Origin: a bacterium
GTDB lineage: Bacteria > UBA8248
Assembly: GCA_965202625.1 (NCBI GenBank)
Contig: CBDBBI010000010.1
Coordinates: forward strand, 2,656,001 to 2,720,000
Reading direction: 5' to 3'
DNA length: 64,000 nucleotides
A program made the translations under genes and the position numbers. This document shows, piece by piece, positions 34,835 to 44,725 of the stretch (the stretch's first letter is position 1; the number at the start of each line of letters is the position of its first letter). The notes below the pieces were generated by a model. That model saw only the letters and a program-made list of their open reading frames with translations. It had not been told where the DNA came from and ran no database searches.

Positions 34835-35959
34835 TCAGGCTCGAATAAGTGATATCAGCACGCCAGCCGCGATCGCAGAACCAATGACGCCGGCCACGTT
34901 GGGGCCCATTGCGTGCATGAGCAGAAAGTTCCTGGGGTTCTCATCCGCGCCTACTTTTTGAACCACGCGCGCGGCCATGGGAACCGCGCTTACGCCCGCC
35001 GCGCCGATGAGGGGGTTGATCGGCGTGCGGCTGAGCGCGGCCATTATCTTTCCGAAGATCACGCCGGTGGCGGTGCCGACGCCGAAGGCGATGAACCCTA
35101 GCACGAGGATGCCGATGGTCTCCCACTTGAGAAAACTCCCGGCCGTCATTGAGGCACCCACGGATACTCCAAGAAATATCGTCACCATGTTGAGCAGGGT
35201 ATCTTCTGAGGTTTTGAGCAGCCTCTCGACGACGCCGCACTCTCTGAAGAGGTTTCCGAGCATGAGCATTCCGATGAGGGGTGCTGCCGACGGCAAGAGA
35301 AGGCCCGTGAGCAGCGTCGTGATGACGGGAAAGAGGATGCGAACGGGTTTTTCGATTTCCCTCAGCTGCATCATTGTGCGCGCGCGCTCCTCTTTGGTGG
35401 TTAGCGCCCTCATGATGGGGGGCTGTATCATGGGAACGAGAGCCATGTAGCTGTAAGCGGCCACGGCGATGGGGCCCAACAGGTGGGGCGCCAGCTTCGA
35501 GGCAGTGTAGATGGCGGTGGGGCCATCCGCTCCGCCGATGATGCCGATGGCACCGGCTTCGGAGAGGCTGAAGCCCAGACCGATGCTCCCGAGTAGCGTG
35601 GCGAAGATGCCAAACTGCGCCGCTGCGCCCAGGAGCAGCATTTTCGGGTTCGCTAACAGCGGGCCGAAGTCCGTCAGCGCGCCGATGCCCATGAAGATCA
35701 GAGGGGGGAATACGCCTGCCTTCACCCCGGAATAGAAATAGCGGATGAGGCCGCCTTCATCAAAAATACCAGTTTCGGGAAGGTTGGAGAGCAGCATTCC
35801 AAACCCGATGGGGATCAGGAGCAAAGGTTCGAAACCTTTTTGGATGGCCAGATAGAGGAGTAAGCAGGAAATTCCGAGCATGAGGACGTCTCCGAAACTC
35901 AGCGCGGAGAAACCGGTGACGGAGATGAAATCGGCGACCGAGAAGGACAGGCGGCTCAT
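34835..35959 (-). CDS. Na+-translocating decarboxylase beta subunit (OadB/MmdB/GcdB family)
   Basis: [53 protein letters not shown]. Confidence 0.96.
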   Translation of the reverse strand: MSRLSFSVADFISVTGFSALSFGDVLMLGISCLLLYLAIQKGFEPLLLIPIGFGMLLSNLPETGIFDEGGLIRYFYSGVKAGVFPPLIFMGIGALTDFGPLLANPKMLLLGAAAQFGIFATLLGSIGLGFSLSEAGAIGIIGGADGPTAIYTASKLAPHLLGPIAVAAYSYMALVPMIQPPIMRALTTKEERARTMMQLREIEKPVRILFPVITTLLTGLLLPSAAPLIGMLMLGNLFRECGVVERLLKTSEDTLLNMVTIFLGVSVGASMTAGSFLKWETIGILVLGFIAFGVGTATGVIFGKIMAALSRTPINPLIGAAGVSAVPMAARVVQKVGADENPRNFLLMHAMGPNVAGVIGSAIAAGVLISLIRA

Positions 35960-36357
35960 GAAATCTCCAGCAGCAACTGAGCGGCTTCCACCTTGTCGCC
36001 TTTTCGCACGTGAAGCGCCTGAACGACACAGTCCGAATCAGCCGTAATCACGTTTTCCATCTTCATCGCCTCAAGGACTAAAAGCGTATCCCCGGCGCGT
36101 GCCGCATCGCCCGGCGCCACGTTGACGGATAGTACGACGCCCGGTAGGGGGGCCAATATCTTCCCGCCGTCGCTGGCGGACTCAGGTGTCTGTCTGCGTG
36201 CGCTGGTAGGATGAGGGGCGGTGGGGAGCGAGACCTCCTCTATTCTCACGCGATGCGTCTGGCCGTCTATCGTAATGTGGATATCCTGCGAGCCAGGGTC
36301 GCGCTCGACGCTCACAGAGTAGCGCTTTCCGTTCACGGTCAGATAAAAGTTTCTCAA
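35956..36357 (-). CDS. Biotin carrier subunit of decarboxylase
   Basis: LEAMKMEN biotinylation motif, APLPG, Pro/Ala-rich linker. Confidence 0.92.
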   Translation of the reverse strand: MRNFYLTVNGKRYSVSVERDPGSQDIHITIDGQTHRVRIEEVSLPTAPHPTSARRQTPESASDGGKILAPLPGVVLSVNVAPGDAARAGDTLLVLEAMKMENVITADSDCVVQALHVRKGDKVEAAQLLLEIS

Positions 36358-36680
36358 CGCCGCCTCTGTTGACTTAAGTGGCTCAGACGGGTGGTTTGCG
36401 CCCAGACGGAATTCACATCGCGTCGCACTTTCGGGACGCGAACCTCCGACATTTCTGTTTCCCCAAAATATCCTGCGGCCGCGGCCAGGACGAAGGCGAG
36501 GTCATCATTTTCCGGAGAGACTTCCCCGTTCTCCGCGTTCGTATTCTTCTTTCGTCGCCCGGTGCTGGTGTCAAGGAGTCTCTCTAGGAGTTGAATGACT
36601 GCCATAAGTATGAGCAGAGAGCCAAAGACGACGCCCATGCCGATGATGGTCAGCAGAATTGCGGGCGTGAACGTATCCAC
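36354..36680 (-). CDS. OadG/MmdD-like membrane anchor subunit
   Basis: N-terminal TM with GMGVVFGSLLIL, Ala-rich helix, C-terminal Trp motif; operon position. Confidence 0.8.
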   Translation of the reverse strand: MDTFTPAILLTIIGMGVVFGSLLILMAVIQLLERLLDTSTGRRKKNTNAENGEVSPENDDLAFVLAAAAGYFGETEMSEVRVPKVRRDVNSVWAQTTRLSHLSQQRRR

Positions 36681-36697
36681 GAAGGAGTCCTTTATCC

Positions 36698-38260
36698 CTA
36701 CAGCGGAATGTTTCCGTGCTTTTTCCGCGGCCTGTCCTCTTGCTTGAGCGCGGTCATCTCCAAGGCGCGAACAAGCGCGCCTCTCGTGTGGCGCGGTTCA
36801 ATGACGGCGTCTACGAGCCCCAGTTTTGCCGCCGCGTAAGGTTTGGCGAAGCGCTTTCGATATTCTTCTATTTTCTCCTGGCGAACCTTCTCGGGGTCCT
36901 GTGCCTCGCTAATCTCACGCTTGAAAATGACGTTGGCGGCCCCCTCCGGGCCCATCACGGCGATCTCGGCGAACGGATAGGCGAGAACGCGGTCGTAACC
37001 TAAGCCGAATCCGCTCATCGCGACAAAGGCGCCGCCGTAGCTCTTGCGGACGATGAGGGCGATTTTCGGCACACTTGCCTCGCTGTAGGCGAAGAGCACC
37101 TTGGCGCCATGACGAATGACCCCCCCGTATTCCTGCTGGACGCCGGGCAAATATCCGGGCACGTCGACGAAGTTGATGATGGGGACGTTGAACGCGTCAC
37201 AGAAGCGCACGAAGCGGGCGAGCTTATCGGAGCTGTCGATGTCCAAGACACCGGCCAGGTGCGCCGGCTGATTTCCCACGACGCCGACGGGCTTTCCGCC
37301 CAATCGCGCGAATCCAACGAAGATGTTCCTGGCGAACGCTGGCTGAACTTCCAGAAAATCGCCTTCGTCGAACACGTTGGTCACTAGGTCTCGCACGTCG
37401 TAGGCGATCGTGGCCTTTACCGGGACGACCTCATCCAGAGCGGGGTTCTCGTCGGGAGGCCACTCTGAGATCTCGGACAAAGGGGGATCGTCCAGGTTAT
37501 TCGACGGCAAGAAAGAGAGTAGTTTCTTCACCACATCAAAGCACGCGCGCTCGTCCTTGGCCAGAAAATGCGCGTTCCCACTCGTTGCGCTGTGTACCGC
37601 ACCGCCGCCTAGCTCCTCGGGTGAGACGTCTTCTCCCGTCACCGCCTTAATCACGTCTGGCCCCGTGATGAACATCTTGCTCAACCCGTCGACCATGAAG
37701 ACGAAATCCGTGAGTGCAGGCGAATAGACCGCACCGCCGGCGCAAGGGCCCAGAATGACGGAAATTTGGGGGATCACCCCCGATGCGTGCGTGTTGCGCT
37801 GAAAGATGCGCGCGTAGCCATGAAGGGAGAGAACGCCCTCCTGAATGCGTGCACCACCGGAATCGAGGATCGTTATAATGGGCGAGCCGGTTTTTATGGC
37901 GAGTTCCTGCACCTTCACAATTTTTTCCGCGTGCATTTCTCCTAGAGAACCGCCCAGAGTACTGAAATCTTGCGAGGCCACGAACACGAGCTGGCCGTTC
38001 ACGCGTCCGCTTCCGGTGATGATGCCATCCCCGGGGGTACGCTTCGCATCCATTCCGAAGTCTGATGAGCGCGTTTCAATGAAAAGGTTGATTTCCGAGA
38101 AACTACCGGAGTCCAGCAGAAGCTCAAGTCGCTCTCTGGCGGTGAATTTTCCTTGTTTGCGCTGTTTTTCTTTCGCCGCCTCGCCGCCCAACGCCCGCGC
38201 CTTGGAGGCATGTTCCTTCAGCTCATCCATCGGATTTTGATGGTTAGATTTTGGCGACAA
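36698..38260 (-). CDS. Acyl-CoA carboxyltransferase (methylmalonyl-CoA decarboxylase alpha/PccB-like)
   Basis: DSGGARIQEG, GPCAGGAVYSPALTDF, DVPGYLPG, KKHGNIPL. Confidence 0.94.
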   Translation of the reverse strand: MSPKSNHQNPMDELKEHASKARALGGEAAKEKQRKQGKFTARERLELLLDSGSFSEINLFIETRSSDFGMDAKRTPGDGIITGSGRVNGQLVFVASQDFSTLGGSLGEMHAEKIVKVQELAIKTGSPIITILDSGGARIQEGVLSLHGYARIFQRNTHASGVIPQISVILGPCAGGAVYSPALTDFVFMVDGLSKMFITGPDVIKAVTGEDVSPEELGGGAVHSATSGNAHFLAKDERACFDVVKKLLSFLPSNNLDDPPLSEISEWPPDENPALDEVVPVKATIAYDVRDLVTNVFDEGDFLEVQPAFARNIFVGFARLGGKPVGVVGNQPAHLAGVLDIDSSDKLARFVRFCDAFNVPIINFVDVPGYLPGVQQEYGGVIRHGAKVLFAYSEASVPKIALIVRKSYGGAFVAMSGFGLGYDRVLAYPFAEIAVMGPEGAANVIFKREISEAQDPEKVRQEKIEEYRKRFAKPYAAAKLGLVDAVIEPRHTRGALVRALEMTALKQEDRPRKKHGNIPL

Positions 38261-38276
38261 TATAAATCTCCTAAAG

Positions 38277-38315
38277 TGTATACTGCATACAATCAGCTTT
38301 GATGAGTAAAGTCAA
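38277..38315 (-). promoter_or_regulatory. Putative GntR operator palindrome and -35 element of the decarboxylase operon
   Basis: TGTATACTGCATACA (38277-38291) is near-palindromic and lies next to the AGGAG SD; TTGACT on the minus strand at 38310-38315. Confidence 0.55.
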
Positions 38316-38458
38316 GGAGTTTCGTTGAGGCCCCGGAGAGATTTTAGAGCACGTGTCGGAGCGTCGCCCGTTCCCATTTTCCAATTGAGGGTCAGTACAT
38401 GTGGCGGTGTGCCCAAAAAGGGACTGAAAAACACGCATGCGCCATTCGCTGGACAGCT

Positions 38459-39373
38459 TTAAGACGTAATTCTCCACTCCGGTATTCCGGCGTGAAGGAG
38501 TTGTCCCGGTAGCTGGCGGTTCAGAATTCTCTCTGCTTGAGCGACGGCTTCCAAGAGTTTTGGGAGGTGGATTCCGGTTTCCACCCCCATCTCGTGAAGC
38601 ATATTGACAGTGTCCTCGCTCGCTATGTTGCCTGTGGCTCTTGGGGCGAAGGGGCAGCCCCCCAACCCGCCGATGGACGCGTCGAACGTGTTGATTCCGG
38701 CCTCTAGGCCCGCCAGGAGGTTCGCCAAGCCGACGCCCCTTGTGTTGTGTAGGTGAAGCGCGTAGCGTACCGAGGGGAATTTGTTGCGCACATGCGTGGT
38801 GAGCCTCCGTATTTCTAATGGATTCGTCATGCCCACGGTGTCAGCCAAAACGATTTCCTCGCACCCCATGTCCACGTATTCGCCGACCACCCATTCGATG
38901 TCCACGTAGGAAACGCGTCCTTCATATGGACAGCCGAAGGCGGCGACGACTCCGCCCCTGAGCTTGAGGTTCGCTCCCGCAGCCATTTTGGCGACTTCAC
39001 AGGCTACCTCGAGCATTTTCTTTCGGCTCGCCCGCATATTTTTTTGGTTGAACGTCTCACTGGCGGCGACGAACAGCATGACGCGATTCAGCTCGCACGC
39101 AAGTGCCCGTTCCATGCCCGGAACGTTGGGAACCAGTGCCTCGTATTCTGCCTCAGGATGGCGTCTGCAGCTGACGAGCACCTCCCTGGCGTCTCTCATC
39201 TGGGGAACGTGCTTTGGGCTGACGAAACTTGTCACCTCAATGCGGCGGACGCCGGCGTCGGTGATGGCGTCCAAAAGTTTGATCTTATCCTCTGGTGGAA
39301 CGTATTGCTTTTCGTTCTGAAGGCCATCTCGCGCGCTGACTTCGACGACGTTGACCTGCCTAGGGAGATTCAT
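38459..39373 (-). CDS. HMG-CoA lyase family (DRE-TIM) protein
   Basis: EVSARDGLQNE, TSFVSPK.VPQM, LADTVG, HLHNTRG, GGLGGCPFAPRATGN. Confidence 0.92.
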   Translation of the reverse strand: MNLPRQVNVVEVSARDGLQNEKQYVPPEDKIKLLDAITDAGVRRIEVTSFVSPKHVPQMRDAREVLVSCRRHPEAEYEALVPNVPGMERALACELNRVMLFVAASETFNQKNMRASRKKMLEVACEVAKMAAGANLKLRGGVVAAFGCPYEGRVSYVDIEWVVGEYVDMGCEEIVLADTVGMTNPLEIRRLTTHVRNKFPSVRYALHLHNTRGVGLANLLAGLEAGINTFDASIGGLGGCPFAPRATGNIASEDTVNMLHEMGVETGIHLPKLLEAVAQAERILNRQLPGQLLHAGIPEWRITS

Positions 39374-39423
39374 CGCATTTCTTCTCCTACGTAAGGAAAG
39401 GGCTTGTTTTCATTATTTTGTTC

Positions 39424-40534
39424 TCATCCTGCCGAGGTTCTCCCCGCCTCGTGGAGGCGGGGGAGGGATGCCTGCGGCTCCATGTCCAGGGCCCCTCCCC
39501 GCGTGAACTTGTCTTCGGATATGGAGTGACGCCATTCTGTGTATGGCTCTTCATCAAGGAAATGGGAGAGTTGATGCGCTCTGTCCACGTTCTCCAGAGG
39601 GACAAGGCGAGGGCGAATCCTGCCGATTTGGCTACGAATGACTCATAGGGCGAACTTTAGGATGGCGGTTTTACCTGCGGCGTCAAAGACCCGCGCCATG
39701 TTCCATGCGTTTTTAGTGCCACCGAATTTCGAGAATTTGATGAGCGCGACGTCGGCCGCCTCCTCATCCACGATGTGGTACGCGTCGTCGATAGAGAACA
39801 AGGATTCATCCACGGCGCCCTTCATTCCCCGAGCGCGTATCTCCCGAAAAAGCTCGATACATTTTTTCTCTTTGGGAAGGACCGGTTGCTCGAAGTGCTC
39901 AAGTCCGATCTTGAGCATATCGTCCGTGAAGCGGAGGGCTTCGTCGGGTGAAAATCCGCCGTTCGCATCCGTTCGGAGCTGGATTTGCGAGCCGAATCTT
40001 TCGTGCAGCCGAGCGATGCGATCGGCGTCCGCCTTCGCGTTAAAGCCTGATTTTACCTTGAGGGTGCGCACGCCTTGATGGACGAGGGTTTCCGCTTTTC
40101 GGAGGGCTTCCTCGTTCGAAAGGAGACCTATCGGGCCGTCGAGCGCGATGGTGTTCCTTCTTGGTCCGCCAAAAATGTGAGCTAACGACGTTTTGCTGAC
40201 TTTAGCGGCTAGGTTGATGGCGACGATTTCCAGAGCGTTGCGTGCTGCGCTCATGCCCTTGAAATCTGCGGTCTCATTAAGTGTGGCGAGTAGCTCACTC
40301 GCTTCTTTTCCCTGAATTCGGGGGGCGGCCTCCTGGATCTTAGCAGCCATCTTGGGGCCTGTTTCTTGTGTGACTTGCATGAGCGGTGCTGCCTCGCCCC
40401 CAACCTTCCTCTCCCTCACCGTCTGTGAGGCGAACCACGATTCGCTCCACGACGGAAGTGCTCCCATAGCGATTTCTGGATTTCTGGGCGACTCGCGCTA
40501 CGGTGTCCCAAGCCTTCGTTTTCTGAATCGACAT
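39424..40534 (-). pseudogene. Enolase-superfamily (muconate-lactonizing/epimerase subgroup) pseudogene
   Basis: GWG|EAAP split by an extra G near 40400; KVK, DANG, EQP, DES motifs; further frameshifts near 39655, 39597 and 39495. Confidence 0.85.
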
Positions 40535-40631
40535 GAATTATCTCCTGAGCGGATGAAAGGGGTCCCTTCCACTCCAAGAGAGGGGAGGAGGCCGATAGCC
40601 CCTGTTTGTGATTCATGGCGCTCCGGTCGTT

Positions 40632-41216
40632 TTAGTCCTTATGGGGATGAGATGGGGACGCGCCTTGGACAAGATGGCGATCGCCAATGGGGGATTCTTT
40701 CGGCGTATAAATCCGGATGTCCGGCAGAGTGCGGTACGCCTCGCCGTAGTCTAGCCCGTATCCGACGACAAAATGATCCGCAATCGTGAATCCGACGTAG
40801 TCCGCCTCTATCCCCAATTCTCTCCGCGCGGGTTTATCCAGTAAAACGCACGTTCTCACCGATGCGGGGCGTTTTCCTCTCAGTAAAGCGAGTGCGCTCG
40901 AGAGCGTGTGGCCCGTATCCAGGATATCGTCGATTAGCAACACGTTTCGCCCCTTGATGGTGCTGAGGTGGCTGGCGTCGATGTTCACGCGGCCCGCACT
41001 TTGCTCGCCTGCGCCATAGCTCGATGCCGAGAGGAAGTCGAGTGTGGCGTCGCGCATGAGGGCGCGGGCGAGATCGACGCCGAAGAATACAGTGCTTTTC
41101 AGTATCATGATGATGTGAAGCGGCCCGGCGGGTAGTGCCGCGCGGATTTCTGCGGCGAGCGCCGGAAGGCGATTTTGGATGTTCGCATGGGATATCAATA
41201 TCTCGTTCGCAGGCAT
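40632..41216 (-). CDS. hpt: Hypoxanthine(-guanine) phosphoribosyltransferase
   Basis: ILKS..F, SSYG, LLIDDILDTGHTL, LLDKP.RR, FVVGYGLDY. Confidence 0.93.
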   Translation of the reverse strand: MPANEILISHANIQNRLPALAAEIRAALPAGPLHIIMILKSTVFFGVDLARALMRDATLDFLSASSYGAGEQSAGRVNIDASHLSTIKGRNVLLIDDILDTGHTLSSALALLRGKRPASVRTCVLLDKPARRELGIEADYVGFTIADHFVVGYGLDYGEAYRTLPDIRIYTPKESPIGDRHLVQGASPSHPHKD

Positions 41217-41219
41217 CGT

Positions 41220-42377
41220 TTACTCGAGCATCGCCAGCAGCAGGCGCTTCATGTCCTCTTGGGTGGAGGGGACCGGGTTCGTGTTGACCTGGTGGCTTTC
41301 CGCCGCGTCTTTCGCCATGACGTCCAAGTCTTCGTTCACGACGTCCGCCTCTCTGAGGGTCGCCGGAATGCCGATGTCCCTGTTGATTTCGCGGATGGCT
41401 TCTATCGTGGTTTGCGCCGTATGCGTCGTATCCTCCCTTTTCTCGGATGGGACAAGGAGGGGAGACATGCGCGCGTAGGTTTCGCGCATGACAGGAAGGT
41501 TGAACTCCATGACGGGCGGCAAAAATATGCCGTTTGCCGTGCCGTGGTGAAGCCCGTGGTGGGCTCCCAGCGGATGCGCGAGCGAGTGCACGATGCCGAG
41601 TCCCGTGTTGGTGAATGCGCGTCCGGCGAGCGTGGCCGCGAGGGAGATGGCGTCCGCCGCCTCCGGGTCGGAGGGATCGTTCACGTACGCTCTACCGCGC
41701 TCGCCGACATAGGTGATGGCCTGAAACGCCAGGGCTTCCGTCCATGGGTTGGAGTTGGGTGATCCGAGGGATTCAATGGCGTGGGTGAGCGTGTCCATCA
41801 TCGCGCCCGCTGCGATATGGGAGGGAAGCTTAGCGAGCAGTGTGGAGTCGATGACGGCGACTTTTGCGAACAGCGAATGATCGGCCAAGACCGTTTTGAT
41901 TTTCAGTGCCGTATCCGTGACGATGGCACTTGAAGTGACCTCGCTTCCTGTGCCGGCCGTGGTGGGAACGGTGATGAGTGGCGGACCGGGCTTCGTCGCT
42001 TTTCCCCGGCCATAGTAGTCGCTCGGCGCGCCTCCGTTCGCGACGATGGACAGGGTCGCCTTGGCGGTGTCCATCGTGCTTCCGCCGCCGGCGGCGATGA
42101 ACCCATCACAGCCGTGCTGGGTGAAAAAATCCCGGGCCTTCATGATGCTAGTGTCCGTGGGGTTTGTTTCGGCTTGATCGTAGAACTGATATTCGATCGA
42201 TGTGCTTTCAAGCCCCTCCATGAGGGAGTGCAGCACCCCACTGGAGGCGAGTCCCGGATCGGTGACGAGCATGGGTTTAGAAAGTCCGAGATTCCTCGCT
42301 TCCTCTCCAACGCGCACGACTTCTCCGCGACCGAAGCGAATTTGAGGACCAGATGCGATTTGAAACGCTTTAACCAT
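41220..42377 (-). CDS. Iron-containing alcohol dehydrogenase
   Basis: GGGSTMD, PTTAGTGSEVT, D.LTHAIE, HSLAH, HG.AN. Confidence 0.92.
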   Translation of the reverse strand: MVKAFQIASGPQIRFGRGEVVRVGEEARNLGLSKPMLVTDPGLASSGVLHSLMEGLESTSIEYQFYDQAETNPTDTSIMKARDFFTQHGCDGFIAAGGGSTMDTAKATLSIVANGGAPSDYYGRGKATKPGPPLITVPTTAGTGSEVTSSAIVTDTALKIKTVLADHSLFAKVAVIDSTLLAKLPSHIAAGAMMDTLTHAIESLGSPNSNPWTEALAFQAITYVGERGRAYVNDPSDPEAADAISLAATLAGRAFTNTGLGIVHSLAHPLGAHHGLHHGTANGIFLPPVMEFNLPVMRETYARMSPLLVPSEKREDTTHTAQTTIEAIREINRDIGIPATLREADVVNEDLDVMAKDAAESHQVNTNPVPSTQEDMKRLLLAMLE

Positions 42378-42394
42378 AAAAAGACATTCCTTCG

Positions 42395-43030
42395 CTATTC
42401 GAATGAGGGTTTGGAGAAAGCGTGAAGCGCGATCTGATAATCTTTCTCCGTGTCAATGTCGAGGAATACATTCCCATTGCGTAAGTGGAGAAAAACGATC
42501 TTTTCAGGAAATTCCATTTCGAGTTTCTGGATGATTCGCCTTCCCCCCTCGTCTCCGGTGATTCTCCGCAGTTCATCCGTCAGCGAAGCGGAGAACAACG
42601 TGGGGTTTCCGCGCCTACCTTCGAACAGCGGTACTACGATTTGTGTTCTTGGGCGGGATACGCCGTAAAGTGCTATAATGTCGTCCACGATTTCAGGAGT
42701 CAGAAGAGGCTGATCCCCCAATGCGAACAAATAGGCGTCGGCGGCTTTCGCCGCTGCGTTCAGCCCGGCGATTACGCTTGTGCTTTGTCCCTCGGCGTAA
42801 CGGGGATTATGCGTGAAACACACGTCCAGTTCTTTCAGGGCGTCCTTAATCATTGCCTCCGCGTGGCCTGTGACGAGGATGACCTCTGAAACCGAGCTCT
42901 CAAGCAGGACCTTCGCCGTTTTTCGGATGACGGTATCCGCACCCAAGGGCAACAGAAGTTTGTTCCGTCCCAGGCGTTTCGATCGCCCTGCGGCGAGCAG
43001 TATCGCGCTGACGTGGTTTGAATCCGTCAT
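42395..43030 (-). CDS. MocA/MobA-like nucleotidyltransferase (probable molybdenum cofactor cytidylyltransferase)
   Basis: ILLAAGRSKRLGRNKLLL, GQSTS, LGDQP, GNPTLF, GDEGGR, DIDT. Confidence 0.85.
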   Translation of the reverse strand: MTDSNHVSAILLAAGRSKRLGRNKLLLPLGADTVIRKTAKVLLESSVSEVILVTGHAEAMIKDALKELDVCFTHNPRYAEGQSTSVIAGLNAAAKAADAYLFALGDQPLLTPEIVDDIIALYGVSRPRTQIVVPLFEGRRGNPTLFSASLTDELRRITGDEGGRRIIQKLEMEFPEKIVFLHLRNGNVFLDIDTEKDYQIALHAFSKPSFE

Positions 43031-43138
43031 CGTGGCACTCTCCACAGAAACAGAACACAATGCCCAGCGTCTTGCTGCCATGGTAGAGAGGCGGACGCTT
43101 GCATGTCAATTCTCGATGTGCGCCCGAAAGCCTTTCCG

Positions 43139-43168
43139 TTGACAAGACCTCACCCTGCGCCCTAATAT
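43139..43168 (+). promoter_or_regulatory. Putative sigma70 promoter for the cyclase gene
   Basis: TTGACA - 18 nt - TAATAT in the divergent intergenic region. Confidence 0.45.
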
Positions 43169-43347
43169 TATTGAAAAGTGGAAAAGTTCTCAAAATCCAT
43201 GGACATTTCGTTGAGAAATCTGCATGTGGGCTAAAGAATTTCGCTGGTTTGTCGTGGCCAATGCTAGGGATGCGCTTCGTTTGACTGATCGGGAAGCAGG
43301 AGATGATTCACTTACTTAATTGAGGAACATGCCGGAGGAGCGTAAGG

Positions 43348-44061
43348 ATGGCATATAAAAATCATGAAATTGTGGATCTCACTCAGGAAATCTATCAGGG
43401 GCAGCCCGTGTTTGTGGGGCATCCTGACACTTGGCGATGGACGAACATGACGCATGAGGAAAGTGTGGCTAGCGGCCGCTTTAAGAGCGAGATGAGCTAT
43501 TATTCTGGCATCGTTCAGTTTTGCGAGCACGGCCCCACGCATGTGGATTCTATTAGCCATCTGGACCCCGCGCCCGATGCGCCCCATATCGATGAGATGA
43601 ACTTCAACTCTTTCTACAGTCGGGGGATAGCGATTGATTTTGAGAACGTGCAGGACAACAGCTACATCAACGTGGACGACGTCAAAAGACGACTTGATCA
43701 CTACAACTACGAGATAAGACCGGGCGATACCCTCCTCTACACGTACGGGCACTTCAAGCGGCATCACCCGACTGCCTTGTATACCGTGGCTTATGCTGGC
43801 TGGACGCGCGCCGCGGCCGAGTATGTATATGGCGAGTGCGGCGCAATCAACGTGGGCACCGACGCCCCCAGCATGGATATGGCGACCAGCCCGGAATATC
43901 CTTGCCACCTCGTGTGCCGCGAGTTGGGTCGAACCAACACGGAGAATCTGTGCAACATCGAAGATGTGGTCGGCAAGGAGTTCCTGTACATCGGGCTTCC
44001 TCTCAAGATCCGAGGCGGGTCGGGTTCGCCGATTCGAGCGATAGCCGTGCTCAACGCTTGA
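43348..44061 (+). CDS. Cyclase family metal-dependent hydrolase (kynurenine formamidase-like)
   Basis: IVDLT, H.PTHVD, VGTDAPSMD, ENLCN, PLKIRGGSGSPIRAIA. Confidence 0.9.
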   Translation: MAYKNHEIVDLTQEIYQGQPVFVGHPDTWRWTNMTHEESVASGRFKSEMSYYSGIVQFCEHGPTHVDSISHLDPAPDAPHIDEMNFNSFYSRGIAIDFENVQDNSYINVDDVKRRLDHYNYEIRPGDTLLYTYGHFKRHHPTALYTVAYAGWTRAAAEYVYGECGAINVGTDAPSMDMATSPEYPCHLVCRELGRTNTENLCNIEDVVGKEFLYIGLPLKIRGGSGSPIRAIAVLNA

Positions 44062-44082
44062 CTTCTCTCATGTGAGAGGGAC

Positions 44083-44261
44083 ATGAAGGCTTTGGTGAGG
44101 CCAGTGAAGGGCCCCGGGTAGGTGAATATAAAGGTTGTCCACGCCGGTATCTGCGCATGGACGTGCACATCGCGTCGGGCGCGGTTTTCACTATTCCCCC
44201 TGTGGTCTTGAGCCACGAGTTCTCCGACGAGGTGGTGCAAATGGGCCAATGGGGCGAGTAA
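44083..44261 (+). pseudogene. Relic of a Zn-dependent (MDR) alcohol/threonine dehydrogenase
   Basis: MKALV..GPG*V.IKV..AGIC, frameshift, then DVHI...PPVVLSHEFSDEVV (GHE motif remnant). Confidence 0.75.
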
Positions 44262-44725
44262 ATTTCCCTGGAGTGCGGGTCTTGGCTAGCCGGACGGCGA
44301 AGGAGAGGTGGATGCTCGTCCATTTTAGCGACGTGTCCGAGACGGACTTCAAAGTGTAGGGTTTTCACGTGTTCGGTTCAGTTAAGCAGGATTAGAGGCG
44401 AATTTAAGATAGGTTCATCTCCATGGCTACCGTCGACGTGTCCTGTGACGTTCACTGCGTCCTCCGTTGTAGCTTAATAGGATGGGCGATTTCGTATCAT
44501 TTCATTCGGGGAGGCGATGAAGCGGGCGACACTGAAGGCGGACGCCAGGTTCGCCATCGTTCGCTGCGGGTGTGGGGCTACATGACGAATCCACCCACCC
44601 AGGCGCGCATGGCCGATGATGCGCTGCCGGCCTGGAGGCGGATGGATACCATAAAGGGGTGGACCTGTTCAATCTACAAAGATATGCGGAATAATCCAAA
44701 GCGTTCATTTGAAAGGACGGCGCAC

